Shown here: one piece after another, positions 43,248 through 57,842 of the stretch
How positions within the stretch are numbered: position 1 is the stretch's first letter
Layout of the letters: each line of letters begins with the position of its first letter
From: the human T2T-CHM13v2.0 reference genome, Homo sapiens
Strand: one strand, 5' to 3'
DNA length: 64,000 bases
NCBI RefSeq assembly: GCF_009914755.1
Contig: NC_060926.1
Program-made: the position numbers and the translations under genes
Notes under the pieces: model-generated
Databases searched by the model: none
Seen by the model: only the letters and a program-made list of their open reading frames with translations
Told to the model about the DNA's origin: nothing

Positions 43248-44089
43248 AGGCATGAGCTCCTCAAAGTTCAGGAAGCAAGTCCAAGACTTCACCCTTGATC
43301 TTTTTCCACAGCCCTATGGGGTGAATAGAAGCAGACATTAGATACAGCTCACACATGGAGAAACTGAAGTACACTCCATCATTTCTGAGCAGGAGGAATA
43401 GCTCAGAGCCCCCCAGAACTCCTCTTCAGACCTCCTATTTAATGGTACCTTGGGGAAGGGGCTGGTTCTCTGTGGCTTCGGCAAATCTTACTACAAAGCC
43501 TTGTGCCCCTCGGAAGGTAACCATGGATACTATTGAGCTGGCACAAAAGCCTTCAGTTAGTGGAGACTACAAGTGGTTTTCAGGGGCTGAAGGAATTTTC
43601 AGGAAAGGGGCAAAACGTGGAAACACTTGCAGAGGGAAGACCTTTGCCTCAGGCCCCTTGGCTGGGTGTGTTTCAGTTAAGATGGGCACTTATGCTCAGA
43701 GGAGCACTGGAGCAGTGACAGGGCTCTAATCTGGGACTGGGATAGTAAGTAGCTGTGAGGTGAGAATCAAAGGGAATCCCAGGCGCTTTTTTTTTCTTGG
43801 AAAGCTGGGACCCTGCTGTGAAATCTGGAGCGGGGTTGTTGGGGGGTTGAGGTGCTGACCAAAGCGATGCCAGCAGCAACCCAGTCTCCTGAGTGACCCA
43901 GGCCAGGGTCTGGAAACAACGGGGTGTCCTGGCAACAGTCAGGGGGAGCTTCCAGCAGGGCGAAGTCCCTATCCTCATCTCTGCCCTCGGGGGTGTTTTT
44001 CTCCTTTCGGCCCAGGGCTACAGGCAGGAGAAATTCACACCTGGAATATCTCGAGGAGGCGCCTTATTTCCTCTGAGCCCTTGCTGAGT

Positions 44090-44930
44090 GTCGAGAGGCA
44101 GCTCATGTCCCTCCTCCGACCCCAAGAGTCCACAGTCTTCCCTCACACCCCTTTATTCTCGGACGAGGCCCGTGTGGTGAGCGGGAACCCCTGCTGTCCC
44201 CTGGACCAGCGCGGAGCTGGGCCCTAACTTTGCAGTTCCCGCCGCATCGGCACGCACCCGCGAGGTGGGAGCGGGAAGCCCAGCCGCATTAGAGGCTCAA
44301 TTCCGGCAGGTGCAGAGTGGGTGCGGGTCAAGGCCAATGAGAGTGTGTGTGGCCAAGCCCGCTGGTTTCCTGAACCGAAATTCTCCGGGGAGGGAGAGAA
44401 GAGGAGGGTGCGGGAGACGGACTTGGAGGCGAGAGGTGGCGGCAGTTTCCAGGAGCTTTGACGTAGACTTGGAGAGGCGCCGAGCACTCCCACTGCTTAA
44501 GTAGAGGCACGGTAGCCTCCAGGACGCGGAAGCTGGGGACAGCCACTCGCTCGGGAGCAGCCTGAGCGTTTCCTCTCCGCGTACTCGAGGGAACTCTCTC
44601 CACGCGTTCGAGGGAACCCGGAAGGGGCCAGGCGGGTGAGTGCGGAGGGAAGCCCTTGTGCCATCTGGGAGTAGAGCCGCCGAGTCAGGAGGTGAGTGGG
44701 GCCCAAAGGACAGAGTGGGTCCCTGGCAGCTCCGCCCTGCGGAGGGTGAGGCTGCGCAATCAAGTGCGGGGCCGAGACTCAGCGCGGGGCTCGTAGCGGG
44801 GTGCACGGAGGACTCTAGGTTCAAGGAACTCAGAGAAACACCTTTCCAGGGTCTGGGAAGCCTCTCCTAAAATTTAGAAGGGGACCTAAAGGAGCCAATT
44901 TGAGCGCCGTGGCGCCAGCAGACAGGGAGT
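44090..44930. promoter_or_regulatory. FAM237A: CpG island / FAM237A promoter
   Basis: Only CpG-dense non-Alu segment in the window. CCAAT at 44334, TGACGT at 44459, a TATA-like cttaagta near 44497, and consensus donors GTGAGT at 44636 and 44692. Confidence 0.85.
44525..44635 (+). other. FAM237A: Putative non-coding first exon of FAM237A (start approximate; alternative donor after 44691)
   Basis: Strong donor CGG|gtgagt inside the CpG island. The coding exon at 46336/46342 has an acceptor just upstream of the ATG, so it needs an upstream exon. Confidence 0.55.
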
Positions 44931-44946
44931 CCCGGATAATGCCAAC

Positions 44947-44967
44947 TTCAGTACCTTGGACAGAGTC
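44947..44967 (+). promoter_or_regulatory. RE1/NRSE (REST) site candidate
   Basis: TTCAGTACCTTGGACAGAGTC versus consensus TTCAGCACCnnGGACAGCGCC: canonical 2-nt spacer and one mismatch in the core half-sites. Confidence 0.7.
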
Positions 44968-46288
44968 CTGCCCTCTGAAAACTTAGCTTAGACTTGTCCT
45001 TTAGGAAAACCACCCTTTGAGGTACCTCGATATTTTAGTTCGGAAAGGGACACAACAAATATGATTTCAAGTAGAGATAATGCATACATGATATGAAAGA
45101 TAGAGGAAATAGTTTTTGAATAATCTTGTATCTCTAACATGCTTCTTCAATATAGGAACATGCATGTTCAAAGACACTTTCTGAAATATTTATTTAACAG
45201 TACCTAAACATGTCCTACTGCTGTTCAGAAGAGACAGATTATCCAACTTATGGTGTTATCATTAAATATTCCAATATAAGAGTATTCCCACAAGCTGTAT
45301 TTTGCTTGCTTTCATGATACTAACATCTAAAAGGTTTGGAAATATAATACAAACCTGAAAGTGAGCTGTATGTGCCCTTCCTATTTTTTCTTTATGTTAG
45401 AGCTGTTTAAATGTGATACACATTTTGTATAGTCTGTGAAGGAATATATACACTTTTTCTGGCAAAAAAAGTGAACATTTGGGTTATTATTATTTCAAGA
45501 GCATCGTTTATCATTGCACCTGTCCGAAGTGGTAACAAAAGAACAATTTCAAAGTGGTATGTAGATGACTCAATTTTATGGCAACAGACATTGAAAGCCA
45601 GAAAAGTTGAATGAGAGTCACGTTTTTTAAAAAAAAAATCCTTGAGATTCATAGCAAGAACAGAGAGATTATAAAACATTATCTTTATGAAAGTTATATC
45701 AGAATTGCAGAACATTATTGGTATTTGTAAAATGCTTATTGATTCTACTCTAATTGGTTGAATATATGTCTCTTTGTTTCCACATATATTCATCCATACT
45801 TTTAGCACATTGTCTTTTGTTAATTTTACTATAACATTTGACAATTCTGATGTATTTTTTAAAAAAATTAAAAGTCACAGTGAACAGGAATGGATCTAAA
45901 GGTTAAATATATTTTAATTCTTAATTATATATAAGTCCTAGATTAGGAGAGCCAGGTTTCGCTAAGATATTATGGAATAGTTAAAGCCATGCAGCAAAAT
46001 TTTAAATGTTCACTTAGTATGCTGTTAGGCTACATTCTTCTGTACCAGAGAAAAACAGATTAGCAGATTAATTTATTCATCTTGTAAAGGAACACATCTT
46101 AGGAGGGAATATGTCTTGGCCTGACTGTCTTGGATTTATGTTCACTCCCTGGCCTGGCAATGAGTCATTTTAGATAGAACGGAGCTTGTGATATGGGAGC
46201 TTGGCTAAGATTTCCCTACTTTGTGACAATGATGTGTTTCCTTTGCTGGAAGTAAGGTTATTAAGGGCATACTTATTTTCTTTACTGA

Positions 46289-46819
<531 letters not shown>

Positions 46820-48075
46820 TGAGGAAGAGGGAAATGGCATTAGGGGAATCCAGTGTCATATATATTCCTCTCAAGAGGTGAACCCCAAGAGCACATAACT
46901 GATAGGAAGATAGATAGTACTTCTTTTTGCATTGCATAGTAGCTGTTTATATCAACATATTGTCCTCATCCTCATACTTCCTGTGAACAGCAGCAAGGAA
47001 GAGTCAGAAAGAAAAGACAAAAAGCATGATTCCCAAAATACAGCATAAAAGTATAAACAGATCCCCCAAGATCAACATTATTTTTTACTATTAGCCTGAA
47101 CACTGGCAGTCATAACCTGATGTTTACTTGCCGTGGAATTGAGAAGACTTGAATATAAGCTTAGGAAACATTTGCAGCACACAAATTCTTGCCCTTGTTA
47201 AACTGAAAATAAATATTGCTTTCATGTAAATAGAGAGGCTCTTTGAGAGGTATTCAGTTGAAGAAATAAAGAGTAAAAAAGTCAGCTGGCATGTAGATTC
47301 ACTTCATGTTGCTTTTTGAATGAATCTCAAGTAAGTAATTAACTTGCAGCAATCTGAGTAATTAATTTTTAGTAAGTTGGAACTTGCTACAAATTTAGAG
47401 TTTTTCATTGAAGTAAATACTATATTCAAATAGTCTCGTCTGAGGGTACAGAAAAAAAGTCCCTTATAGAATTAGAATGAGGTTGAGTAAGCCTCTGTGA
47501 GTAAGCAGAGAGATGCCTGAACCCTATACATATTATTGTTATCTTTTTTTGATGTCATTTCAACCAATGAGCATTGAAACCTTTTATCAAGGGCTGTTTG
47601 AGTGCCAGTAACTCTTTAGAATTATATATACAACAGTAGAAAACAGGGGCATAACTAATTTTTACATTTGTACATTTTAGTGTTAGAATTGTTACATATT
47701 CCTGTAACCTCCATATTAAAATAGCAATTAACAGTGGTAGTTCTAGTGCTACCCTTTCCCAAGATATTTTAGAGCTTTTATATATCTAGTTTGTTTTAAC
47801 CTTAGTAATTAAAAATCCTCATGATTTGCTAATCCAAAAAACCCAGATAATTCATGGCTATTATTTACAGATAAGTTTATTATTTTGGTAAGTGTTATTG
47901 TAACTCAAACCAATTTCATTTTTAGAGGAAATATTCTTTCAGCAGCCTTGCTACTAAAGTAGAAATACCAAATGAATATTTTTAAATGTTGGTTACCCAT
48001 ATTTTTAAAATATTTTGAACAGAGGCTGCCCAGGCATCAGCACCAGTACAGACCATGGTTTTTTTTTTTATTCTA

Positions 48076-48426
<351 letters not shown>

Positions 48427-49733
48427 TCATATTTAGCTGTCTTACTCAAATCACCAGCAATATCTTTTTCTATCTTGCACTTACTTTGAATAACTCAAAG
48501 AAATGTCTACTAAATAAATGAAAATATTATTTCTATTCAGCTGAACACAAAAAGTTATATATATACTTATTTTATAAAGCTTTTCTCCAAGACAGCTTCA
48601 GCTTTGGAAGTCACTTCCTTCGTCTTGCTACGGAGTTGTTGGTGATTCAGCTGGTCTGCAAACTTTAGGGAGTTGGTATGCAAGTAGCCAAATAGCAGGA
48701 GTGAGTGTTTCACTTTATTGAGATTATTTTAATGTTTGACACAAAAAATTGTTTGCAGACCAAGAAACAAGACTTTCCATTTGGTTTGTATAACCACAGT
48801 CAAAGAGGGTCTTGGGTCAAGGAAATACCATGTCCAACAGTTATATAGTTACAGGAACATTGAGATTTCATCTCAAGAGGCTTGATTAAATCTCTAGAGG
48901 TTCAACTGGGCTCTGAATGTACCTGCATGGATCCTCCAATATTTTTTTTCTTTTGTCCCTCGGGGATAATATGTTGTTAGGTTGGGACGGGAGTGAAGGT
49001 GAAGCAGTGCTTGTCTCCATAGTTCTCAAGGAAATCACATCATCAAGTCAGAAGACAAGAAGAACTAAAATAAGTGTCTACGTAATATGCAAAAAGTTCT
49101 TGTTATTTTGATGTCTTCAGATCAAATAGTGTAAATGCAGTTGATAAATCTTACTATGAATCATACTTTGTTAAAAACATAAAACTCCTATGTAATTTTG
49201 CATGTTAATATATCATATTTGTTAATACTGAGTCAACAAATATGAAAACAAAAAAATATCAAATAACTGCGTAACCGTGAGCAAGTTAACTAATTTAGCC
49301 ATCAGTTCTTTCAACTGAAAAAGAAATGTATGGAAAGTAGATGACACACAAAGTCTCATCTTTTCTGTTCCAATGTACTGTGATTCTATAAAAAAAAGAA
49401 ACGTATGAAAGGCACTTATTTAACTATGAGAAGAACCTGGAAGAGCTTCACCCCAAGGACCGTTGACTGAGCTGGATGATGACCTGGACACCATGGCTGT
49501 TTGTAACAGTGATTAGCAGGAACAGACGAGGTTCAGAAATAAAAGGGCTAGAGATGTCATTATGAGAAAAGCCTCTAAAGATCATTGTTATTTAGTCTAG
49601 AAAGGCATGGGCTAATAGCTGAAGGTTGAAGTATCCAAGAGAAGGTATGAAGAGGATGTACCCAGAGTTAACTAGTTAACCACTAAATTTTGATGGGTTA
49701 TGTCAAGGGAGAAAGAGAGAAAGGGTGAGAGAG

Positions 49734-49740
49734 ACACACA

Positions 49741-49772
<32 letters not shown>
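49734..49772. repeat. (CA)n microsatellite in FAM237A intron
   Basis: Direct reading. Confidence 0.95.
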
Positions 49773-49775
<3 letters not shown>

Positions 49776-50743
49776 AGAGTGTGTGTTAGGGAAAGAGCAT
49801 ACTGATGACTCCCAAATAGAAAATAACAGAATTGAGAGTAACTCATGGGTTAGTAAAGGCTTCAATGCAAATGAAGAAATTTTGAAGTACATTCTTCTTT
49901 GTGTCAAAAATGGTGGCCTCCTCCTTCAACAAACCTTGCTCTGCCACTGGGAGGGACAAAAAGCCTGCCTTCCTGAGCCTGGCATTTTGTATGTTCTAGA
50001 AAAATAGTGAGTCTTTGTTTTCCTCTGCGATGAGAAAATTAAAATTTAGATTTATAATCTGATGGTGTTTGCAGCTGGTGTCTCACTAGCTGGCCAATGC
50101 TCATAGTGCTTATATTTTAAACACTAACCACAAGAGAAAACAATGGTTCAGAAACATAAATAGGTTCTCAAATGCTTGATTTTCTACTTCACCCACTCCA
50201 AGAAATTTTCTAAGCCACATACTCAGCAATTACCCACCTAGAAATCTACTGTTAAGAAACATTTAGAGCTGCAGCCAATGATGCAATCCAAAGCTATTCA
50301 TTGCAATATTATGTATAGTAACAGGAAACCTGGAAACAATCTAAATGTCCCACGATAGGGTAGTGGTTAAATAAGTTATAGTATAAAGTGTGCATACACA
50401 AAACTATGGTTATCTCTAGGAGGTTACATTTTGAGTGGTTTACATTTTTTTCTTCATATTTCTATATAAAAATATATAATGACTATTTTTCACTTTAAAA
50501 TCAGGCAAATATTTTAATGCCTATTAATTGACAAAAATGTACTTATTATAATGTATTTGTTTTAGATTATATAACTAAACTGCATAGGACACAAGACTTT
50601 GCACAAATACACACTTACATATATTCCTCTGAAATCAATTTATAGAGAATTTTGATATTGGAGTGGCAGAAACATCAAACCTGCCTTTTAAAGATAATTT
50701 ATTGATATTTAATTAACCTGAAACTAATTTGGTGATCTTATGA

Positions 50744-50899
<156 letters not shown>

Positions 50900-52305
50900 A
50901 TTGAACTCGGAGCTAATTCATGCCTTGGAATTAAATATACATATATATAACATTTTTCTTAACTATTGATTATTTATTTATTTTAAATGGTGGGAATGCC
51001 CAGAGATAAATATGAACCCAAATTCTCTCAGTATACTAATTTAAAGCTGCCTTCTATTATTTATTTATTTATTTTAGGCTGCTAGCATGTTTCTTCTAAT
51101 GGTGACATTACTGCCAGTCTATCCCACAGTCTAAAGGAGTTAAATAACTTCCAGAGATGACTTGAGGATTCTTTGTATTCATTTAATAGTTCATTTTGGG
51201 ATGCTTGACATGTTAATAAACTAGTGTGCCATACATTTAACTTGAATACACTGCATGGCTTCCAAGACTTCAACCACTGGATTGCTTATGCACAGGCACA
51301 TAAGGGACTACATTTTGGAATTACTAGTTACTGACAATCTATGATATCTGAATCTTGTTTGACAGCATATTTTTGAATACTGAATGAAGCAAAAAGTAAA
51401 ACAAAACAAAAAACTGGCAAATAAAGCATTCGTCTAATGAAAACAAAATTAATAAAAGCTCTGGACCCCAGGTAATGTTATTGGAGTCTCTTTATTTCAA
51501 TATTTAATGTTATCACTAATGACATCCAAACTCTAATAAAATAATGTTTAAGTGTAAATAGGTACAAATTATTTCCCAATAAGCATATTTGTTATTTGAT
51601 TAAATATTATAACTCTATAAGTGGTTACACTTTGCATTGAAAAACAAAATAAAGCGAACAGCATTATAAGAGAAGAACCCATAAATAATTATTTTCCTGA
51701 AAAATGACCAGGCCCGAACAAGGTTTATAGCAGAGAAGTCCAATTAGCAAATGTATTTGAGTTAGAGACACAATGCTATTTTTATCTCTAATTATTCCCA
51801 ACTCTCCAATCATTCTATTATAACCAATATGTAGGATTGACAGCCAGTTTGAATTTCAGATATGTTAGCAATTCCCTTGCTTTTTTCAGGTCCAAAGGAA
51901 GCCTCAGTAAATCTTTTCATTGAAGGATTAGGGCCCTCCTTAAACTAGAAATTGCATCTAAAGGGTTATTATCAGAAAACAGTTTCATTTGAGGATTAGT
52001 TGAGTCTTCACAACAAGAAAAGGAAGCTTGGGGAAAGAGGTGGGGGAGAAGGCCCAGCCTCAGCTTTTGGCTCCTTGGGAAAATTAGTATTTTATTAAAA
52101 AGTTGCCACCCTTTGACTACTTTTTCAACATACAGGCTCATGATTTTGCATTGATGGTGCTTTTTCTAACGTTTTTCATCATATTCTTCAAAACTATCAC
52201 GTAAATTCACTATCTCTTATAAATCATCAAAGAGAAACTACACTTGGAGAATGAGCTTGCAGAAGAGCCTGCCCTTTGTTCTTCCCTCACCTTGGTACTC
52301 CACAA

Positions 52306-52632
52306 CGGGGATTGGCAATCTTTTTCTGTAGAGTCTGATAGTAAATATTATAGGCTTTCTGGGCCATCCAGTCTCTGCTGTAACTAATCAATTCGGCCTC
52401 GGCGGAACAAAAGCAGTTATCACAATACATAACTGAGTGAATATGGTTGTGTTCCAATAAAACTCTGTTTATGGACACTGAAATCAGAGTCCATACACTT
52501 TTCAGGTGCCACAGAATATTTTTCTTTGGACTTTTTCAATTTTTTAAAAAGATATAATAACCACACTTAGCTCATAGCCTGTTCAAAACAGGGAGCAAGC
52601 CGAATTTGGCCCAGGGACTGCAGCTTGCTGAT
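52306..52632. mobile_element. MER58B-like hAT DNA transposon
   Basis: ggggattggcaatctttttctgta...gttccaataaaact...gaatttggccc; related to 10206-10426. Confidence 0.8.
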
Positions 52633-52944
52633 GAAGCTTACCAAAAGTGTAAGGAACAAACTGGGATGAAGTGAAAAGAAGAGTAACTATGCTAAGCAAC
52701 AAAACTAAAACCAACAGTTTATGATAGGCTGAAAAGCAGATTAAAAACTATTAGGATGAGACGGAACAGGGATAACCTAGTCCTAATCCCATCCAATGAG
52801 ACATTATTTCACTCTGTAAACAGTTCTAGGAATTACAGATCATATAAAAATCCACAGCCTTTCTGAATGTAACATGGCCTGCATCTCAAGATAATAGACA
52901 AAAACATTGAAATCACCACAATGTTTATTGAAAGGAAGTACAGA

Positions 52945-53165
52945 GTAGTAGTTACAGTATAGGCTCAGAAGCTGAGTTCAAATCCCAGCTTCATCAAGAA
53001 GTGGCCAAATCAACTTTGGACAAGTTACTAAACCTCTTTGTGCCTCAGTTTCCTCATAAAATAAGAAACGTACTACCTAGGTTTCTTGTGAGGATTAAAT
53101 GAGTCAGCACATAGAAAGTGCTTAAAAACTAAGTGCTCTAACAGTCAAAAAAGGTTAGCTATTAC
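52945..53165 (+). mobile_element. MIR SINE
   Basis: gttcaaatcccagct...caagttactaaacctctttgtgcctcagtttcctcat. Confidence 0.85.
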
Positions 53166-53269
53166 TTTGGGCATTAGTAAGTTAAGCATCTATAACCTAA
53201 TCCAACATAACAGAGAAAGGAGGCACACTGATGCTTTAGTGAAACTTGTTGGATGTGGAGATTTTAGCG

Positions 53270-53474
53270 ACAAACATTCATATATTAAATTTTTTATTTT
53301 GAGATACTTGATTCATATACAGTTATAAGAAATAATACAGAGACGTCTGTATGCCCTTCATCTAGTTTCCCCAATGGGAACATCTTGCATAACTATGGTA
53401 CAATATTACAACTAGGAAACTGACAGTGGTATAATCCAAATTTATTCAGATGTTACCAGTTTTACATGCACTCA

Positions 53475-53518
<44 letters not shown>

Positions 53519-53530
53519 GTTAGTTCTTTG
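53270..53530 (-). mobile_element. L1M 3'-end fragment containing (TG)n at 53477-53509
   Basis: gtttccccaatgggaacatcttgcataactat motif. Confidence 0.65.
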
Positions 53531-53934
53531 CTAAGCCTATTCTCCAGCAGAAGCATCAAGATAGAAAATTAGGCCATCAATTCAGTAATTTACATGATAC
53601 TTGAGGAAGACAGTTGCATGCATCTATGTAGGTCACACACTTGAATGTTACTCCGGAGGTATTCACAATAAGGATGGCCCTTCATGCAGAGATCTGACTC
53701 TGCCATATCTTCCTTCCTTCTTCATCCTCTACTCGCCCTGCTAACCCCCAACCTTCACTCTGAACTGCAGAACTAAGATACATAAGTAGGGAGGGAGATC
53801 AAAAAACAAAACCTGTTTTCTTCATAGTTCACACTAAACTATTAAAAGAAAGGTAGAAGTCTTAATTCTTTTAATACAGTTGTGCAACTGCATTTTGTCA
53901 TCACACCAAGAGGCCTTTGAGCCTGGACTCCATT

Positions 53935-54038
53935 TCACTTCAAATTGGGCAAGGCAATTTGATCAACAAGGGCAGAGAAGGCCCTGCACACTCGCTGAGC
54001 TCCACTGTACAGGTCCATGTTTACTGAAGACTCCGGGC
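53935..54038 (-). CDS. DYTN: DYTN (dystrotelin) terminal coding exon, (G)PESSVNMDLYSGAQRVCRAFSALVDQIALPNLK*
   Basis: Minus-strand acceptor ctctcttgtttgttgatttcag at 54039 and TGA at 53937-53935, with minus-strand ATTAAA at 53870-53875. The peptide and the gene order ADAM23-FAM237A-DYTN match my recollection. Confidence 0.85.
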
Positions 54039-54301
54039 CTGAAATCAACAAACAAGAGAGTCATTTAGAGAAACATACCGGTAGCTTCTCATGAAGATAT
54101 TGATAAAGCTCTCGCATGGAGAAGAAACAGAATCCATTTTTCTTCAGTTCTCAAGGACAATGTCCTTAAGTTAGCCAGCAAATAAGATGGCTATTATTTA
54201 CCACGATCATTACTACGAATTCAGTCAGGCATAGGTTCTTAAGAAGCACTTTCCCACGGCTCCTTGCACAAATCGGAGTAGCCAGAAAGCCCACTATTGA
54301 G

Positions 54302-54487
54302 CAGTGGCTCCAAAATTCTGTTGTATATAAAAATCACCTGGAGATTGTGAAAACAGATTTCTGGACCACACCTACAGAGTTCAGATTCTGTTCAGGTGGG
54401 ACGGAGCCTGAGCATTTATATTTATTGTTAAGTTCCCAGGTGATACTGATGCGGCTAGTCCAGACACCACATTTTTGAGAACCAGTG
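54302..54487. mobile_element. MER5A hAT DNA transposon
   Basis: cagtgg...aatcacctgg...aagttcccaggtgatactgatgc...tttgagaaccagtg. Confidence 0.88.
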
Positions 54488-55819
54488 CTCTATAGTTACC
54501 TGATTAATGGTTTGAGTGTCCCCTATGATCTGTCATAATAGGAATTGTGGTATAGAAAGATCTACAATTTGGCAGGTATCAACTAAAATTTTGATATGCA
54601 TAATCTTTAACTTAAAGAGTTCTGTTTTTAGGAATTGATCTTATAAACATATTTACATTTGTGCATAAAGATATATATTATAAGGATACACACCAAAGTA
54701 TTTTTGTGATAAAAATTGGAAGCAACTTAATTATATACCAATAAATAAATTATAGTGCATTTGTACCCTGAGATATTATGCAGCATTTTAAAAATGACAT
54801 TGCTCAATGTCTAAGATATTGAACAAGTGAAGAAAGCAAAAGCATAGTATGATCTAACTTATGTTGAAAAAGTAAAGACATACATATGTGCATAGAAAAT
54901 GGTTTGAAGGAAACTCACTAAGCTGTTAATAGTGGTTATCTCTGAAAAACAGGTGGGAGAGAGTGAAGAGCATGATGATGAATTCATTTTTTAAAAAATC
55001 TGTGCACTTTGCATTTTAATTTACAATAAACATACAGTATTACATTATTTGTGTAATTAATAAAAATAAGATCACAGGAAATGAAAACATGGGGAGATTT
55101 ATTATGTTAGCTGTTTACTTTATAGCTACATAATTTATATTGTGGGTCCATCTGTGCTGTTTTTTGTTGAACATAAGGCTAGAGGGTTCATGCATTTTTT
55201 ATCCCACTTATCACTCCAATACCGCTCCAGAGGACCTTGACTAAATAATATTTTATTGTCTGACTAACAAACCTTGTCCAGAGGCAAACTTATTTTAAGA
55301 CATCGTTTCTCAGGCCACAGTGATAAAAACTTAAAATATAGCAATAAATAAATAGGAAAGCCATAATCAATCTCACATACTGTAATTTTTCTTATTGTTA
55401 TTCATTGTTTTCTTTTTCAGCTTTAGTCTCTTGAAATATTAAAAATAGCCAAAAATATGCACCTAACACCTAGCATGTTGCTTGGCATATATTTGGAACT
55501 AAATAAATGTAAGGACTGAATTAATATAGCACATAGGCAGAGACCTAATGAGATGTTAGATGGAACACTTGTGAAACTGGCAGTCCAGAGAAAATCACAA
55601 TGACAAAATAATTCACTTAAATGTAATTAAAAGTCTATCTAGTCTTCGAATAAATCAGGGATGTGAGAGTAGACTACAAGAATGATAGATGTAGAAATGA
55701 AAAAGTATTAGGTTTTTTAGTCTATGTTCACTCTTCTGGGCAACTGGAATACTGAGCCCATATCTTATTTACAATAATTAATTAAGCAAGCCAATATGTA
55801 TTGAATAGCTACTCTGTAC

Positions 55820-56215
55820 TAAGACCTTTCCCTTGAGCTCCAGATTGTACATGTTGATTGCCTCTGTGATGTCTTCATTTGGATGTCTCTCAGACAATTC
55901 ACAATACATTCAAAACAGAACTCTTGATTTGCCAACCGCATAACAGTTTTCCCAGCTTTCCCCATTGCAGTAAGTGCATCACCATCCATACAGGGCAACA
56001 CCGTCATCTCTTGGCTAGACTGCAGTAGGCTTTTACCTGGTCTCTTTGCTCACCCCTTGCCTTTCTCTAAGTCACTCTCCACACAATGCCAGAATGTTTT
56101 AAAAATAGAAACATACCCCACTTCAAAATAAATGCCCAGTGCAAGCACAGTGCTTGGCACACAACAAATGCTTGATTAATATTTGTTGAATGAATGAATT
56201 AGTGATTGAATGATG
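55820..56215 (+). mobile_element. L2 LINE fragments with 3' tail
   Basis: cacagtgcttggcac...atatttgttgaatgaatgaat. Confidence 0.7.
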
Positions 56216-56330
56216 AGCCAACTACACTTTTTTTCTGCCTTCATGGAGCTTAAATGCTGGAAATATATCTTTTCCCATTAATTACTTCTGTGTATATCTG
56301 TATCTCTATCTATCTATGAAGCAATGAATA

Positions 56331-56775
56331 TAGTGAATCCTCGGACAACATGAATTTGAACTGTGTGAGCCAACTAATTCATGGATTTTCTTCTACCTCT
56401 GCCATACCTGAGAAAGCAAGAGCAACCCCTCCTCTGACTCCTTATTTTCAGCCTACTCAACGTGAAGATGATGAGGATGAAGATCTTTATGATGATCTAC
56501 TTCCAGTTAATGAATAGTAAATATATTTTCTTTTCCTTATGATTCCCTTAATAACATTTTCTTTTTTCTAGCTTACTTTTTTGTAAGAATGCAATATATG
56601 ATACAAATAACATACAAAATATTTGTCGATCAACTGTTTATTTTACTGGTAAGGCTTCTGTTCAACAGTAGGCTATTGGTAGTTAAGTTTTAGAGGAGTC
56701 AAAAGTTATATGCTGATTTTTGGCAGCATGGAGGGTCAGTGCCCCTAACTTTTACATTGCTCAAGGGTCAACTCT
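56331..56775. mobile_element. Tigger2a-like DNA transposon
   Basis: Right TIR ttgctcaagggtcaact; clearly homologous to 63524-63947. Confidence 0.85.
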
Positions 56776-57364
56776 GTATCCATTACTATTCCAGTAAACA
56801 CTTCTAGGACTCCCAGGCAACATTTGAGATTACCTTATAAACAAATGAAATACAAATAAGGTGCTCTCCTGAGCTTGGTCATTTCCTTAGAATTTGCTAA
56901 ATTTGAAGTTTTATTTTCTGATTACTTGATACTTTTGAGTGATGGTTCTAGATGGGGAAAAAAGGAACAGGAATAAACCTCCTGCTCCCCACCCTTAACC
57001 ATGCTCTCGTACATATAAGATCATGGCATATGCAAATAGAGATCATTTTACTTGTTCCTTTCTGATTGGGATGCCTCTTCTTTCCTTTTCTTGTCTAATT
57101 ACTCTGGCTAGGACTTCCAGTACTATGTTGAATAGATGTAGTGAAAATAAGCATCCTTGCTTTGTTCCTGATCTTAAAGAAAAAAACTTCAGCTTTTCAC
57201 CTTTAAGAAAAAGGAATATGATGTTAGCTGTGGGTTTTTCTTATTTGGACTTTATTATGTGGAGATAATTTCTTTCTATTCCTAGTTTGTTGAGAGTTTC
57301 TCATGAGAGTGTATTGAATTCTGTAAAATGCTTTTTTCCTATATCTATTGTGATGATTGTGTGA

Positions 57365-57842
57365 TTTTTTTTTTTTTTTTTTGAGACAGAGTCTTGCTCT
57401 GTTGCCCAGGCTGGAGCACAGTGATGTGATCATAGTTCACTGTAACTTTGAACTCCTGGGCTCAAATGATTCTCTTGTCTCAGTCTCTTGAGTAGCTAGG
57501 ATTATAGGCATGTGTCACCATGCCCAGCTAAATTTTCTTTTTCTTTGAGATAGGGTCTTGCTCTGTCACCCAGGCTGGAGTGCAGTGGTGCAATCACAGC
57601 TCACCGAAGCCTTGATCTTCCAGGCTCAGGCCATCCTCCTGCTTCAGTCTCTTGAGTAGCTGGGACTGCAGGCACGTACCAACACATCCAGCTAATTAAA
57701 AAAAAATTTTTTTTTTTTTTTTTGTAGAGATAGGGTCTTGACAAGTTGCTCAGGCTGGTCTCAAACTCTTGGCCTCAATTGGTCCTCCCACCTCAGCCTC
57801 CCAAAGCACTAGGATTATAGGCATAAGCCACCACGCCTGGTC
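57365..57842 (-). mobile_element. AluJ-like three-arm composite (right+right+left)
   Basis: Two consecutive right arms (57365-57535 and 57536-57695) followed by one left arm. Confidence 0.88.

Noticed and set aside
44224-44870. Overlapping ORFs up to 175 aa in the CpG island
   Set aside because: Expected stop-codon depletion in GC-rich DNA; low-complexity P/S/A/R products.
45407-45844. 145-aa minus-strand ORF in FAM237A intron
   Set aside because: Non-ATG start and no recognisable homology.
49667-49680. Perfect 14-bp palindrome gttaactagttaac
   Set aside because: A palindrome of this length is expected by chance in 64 kb.
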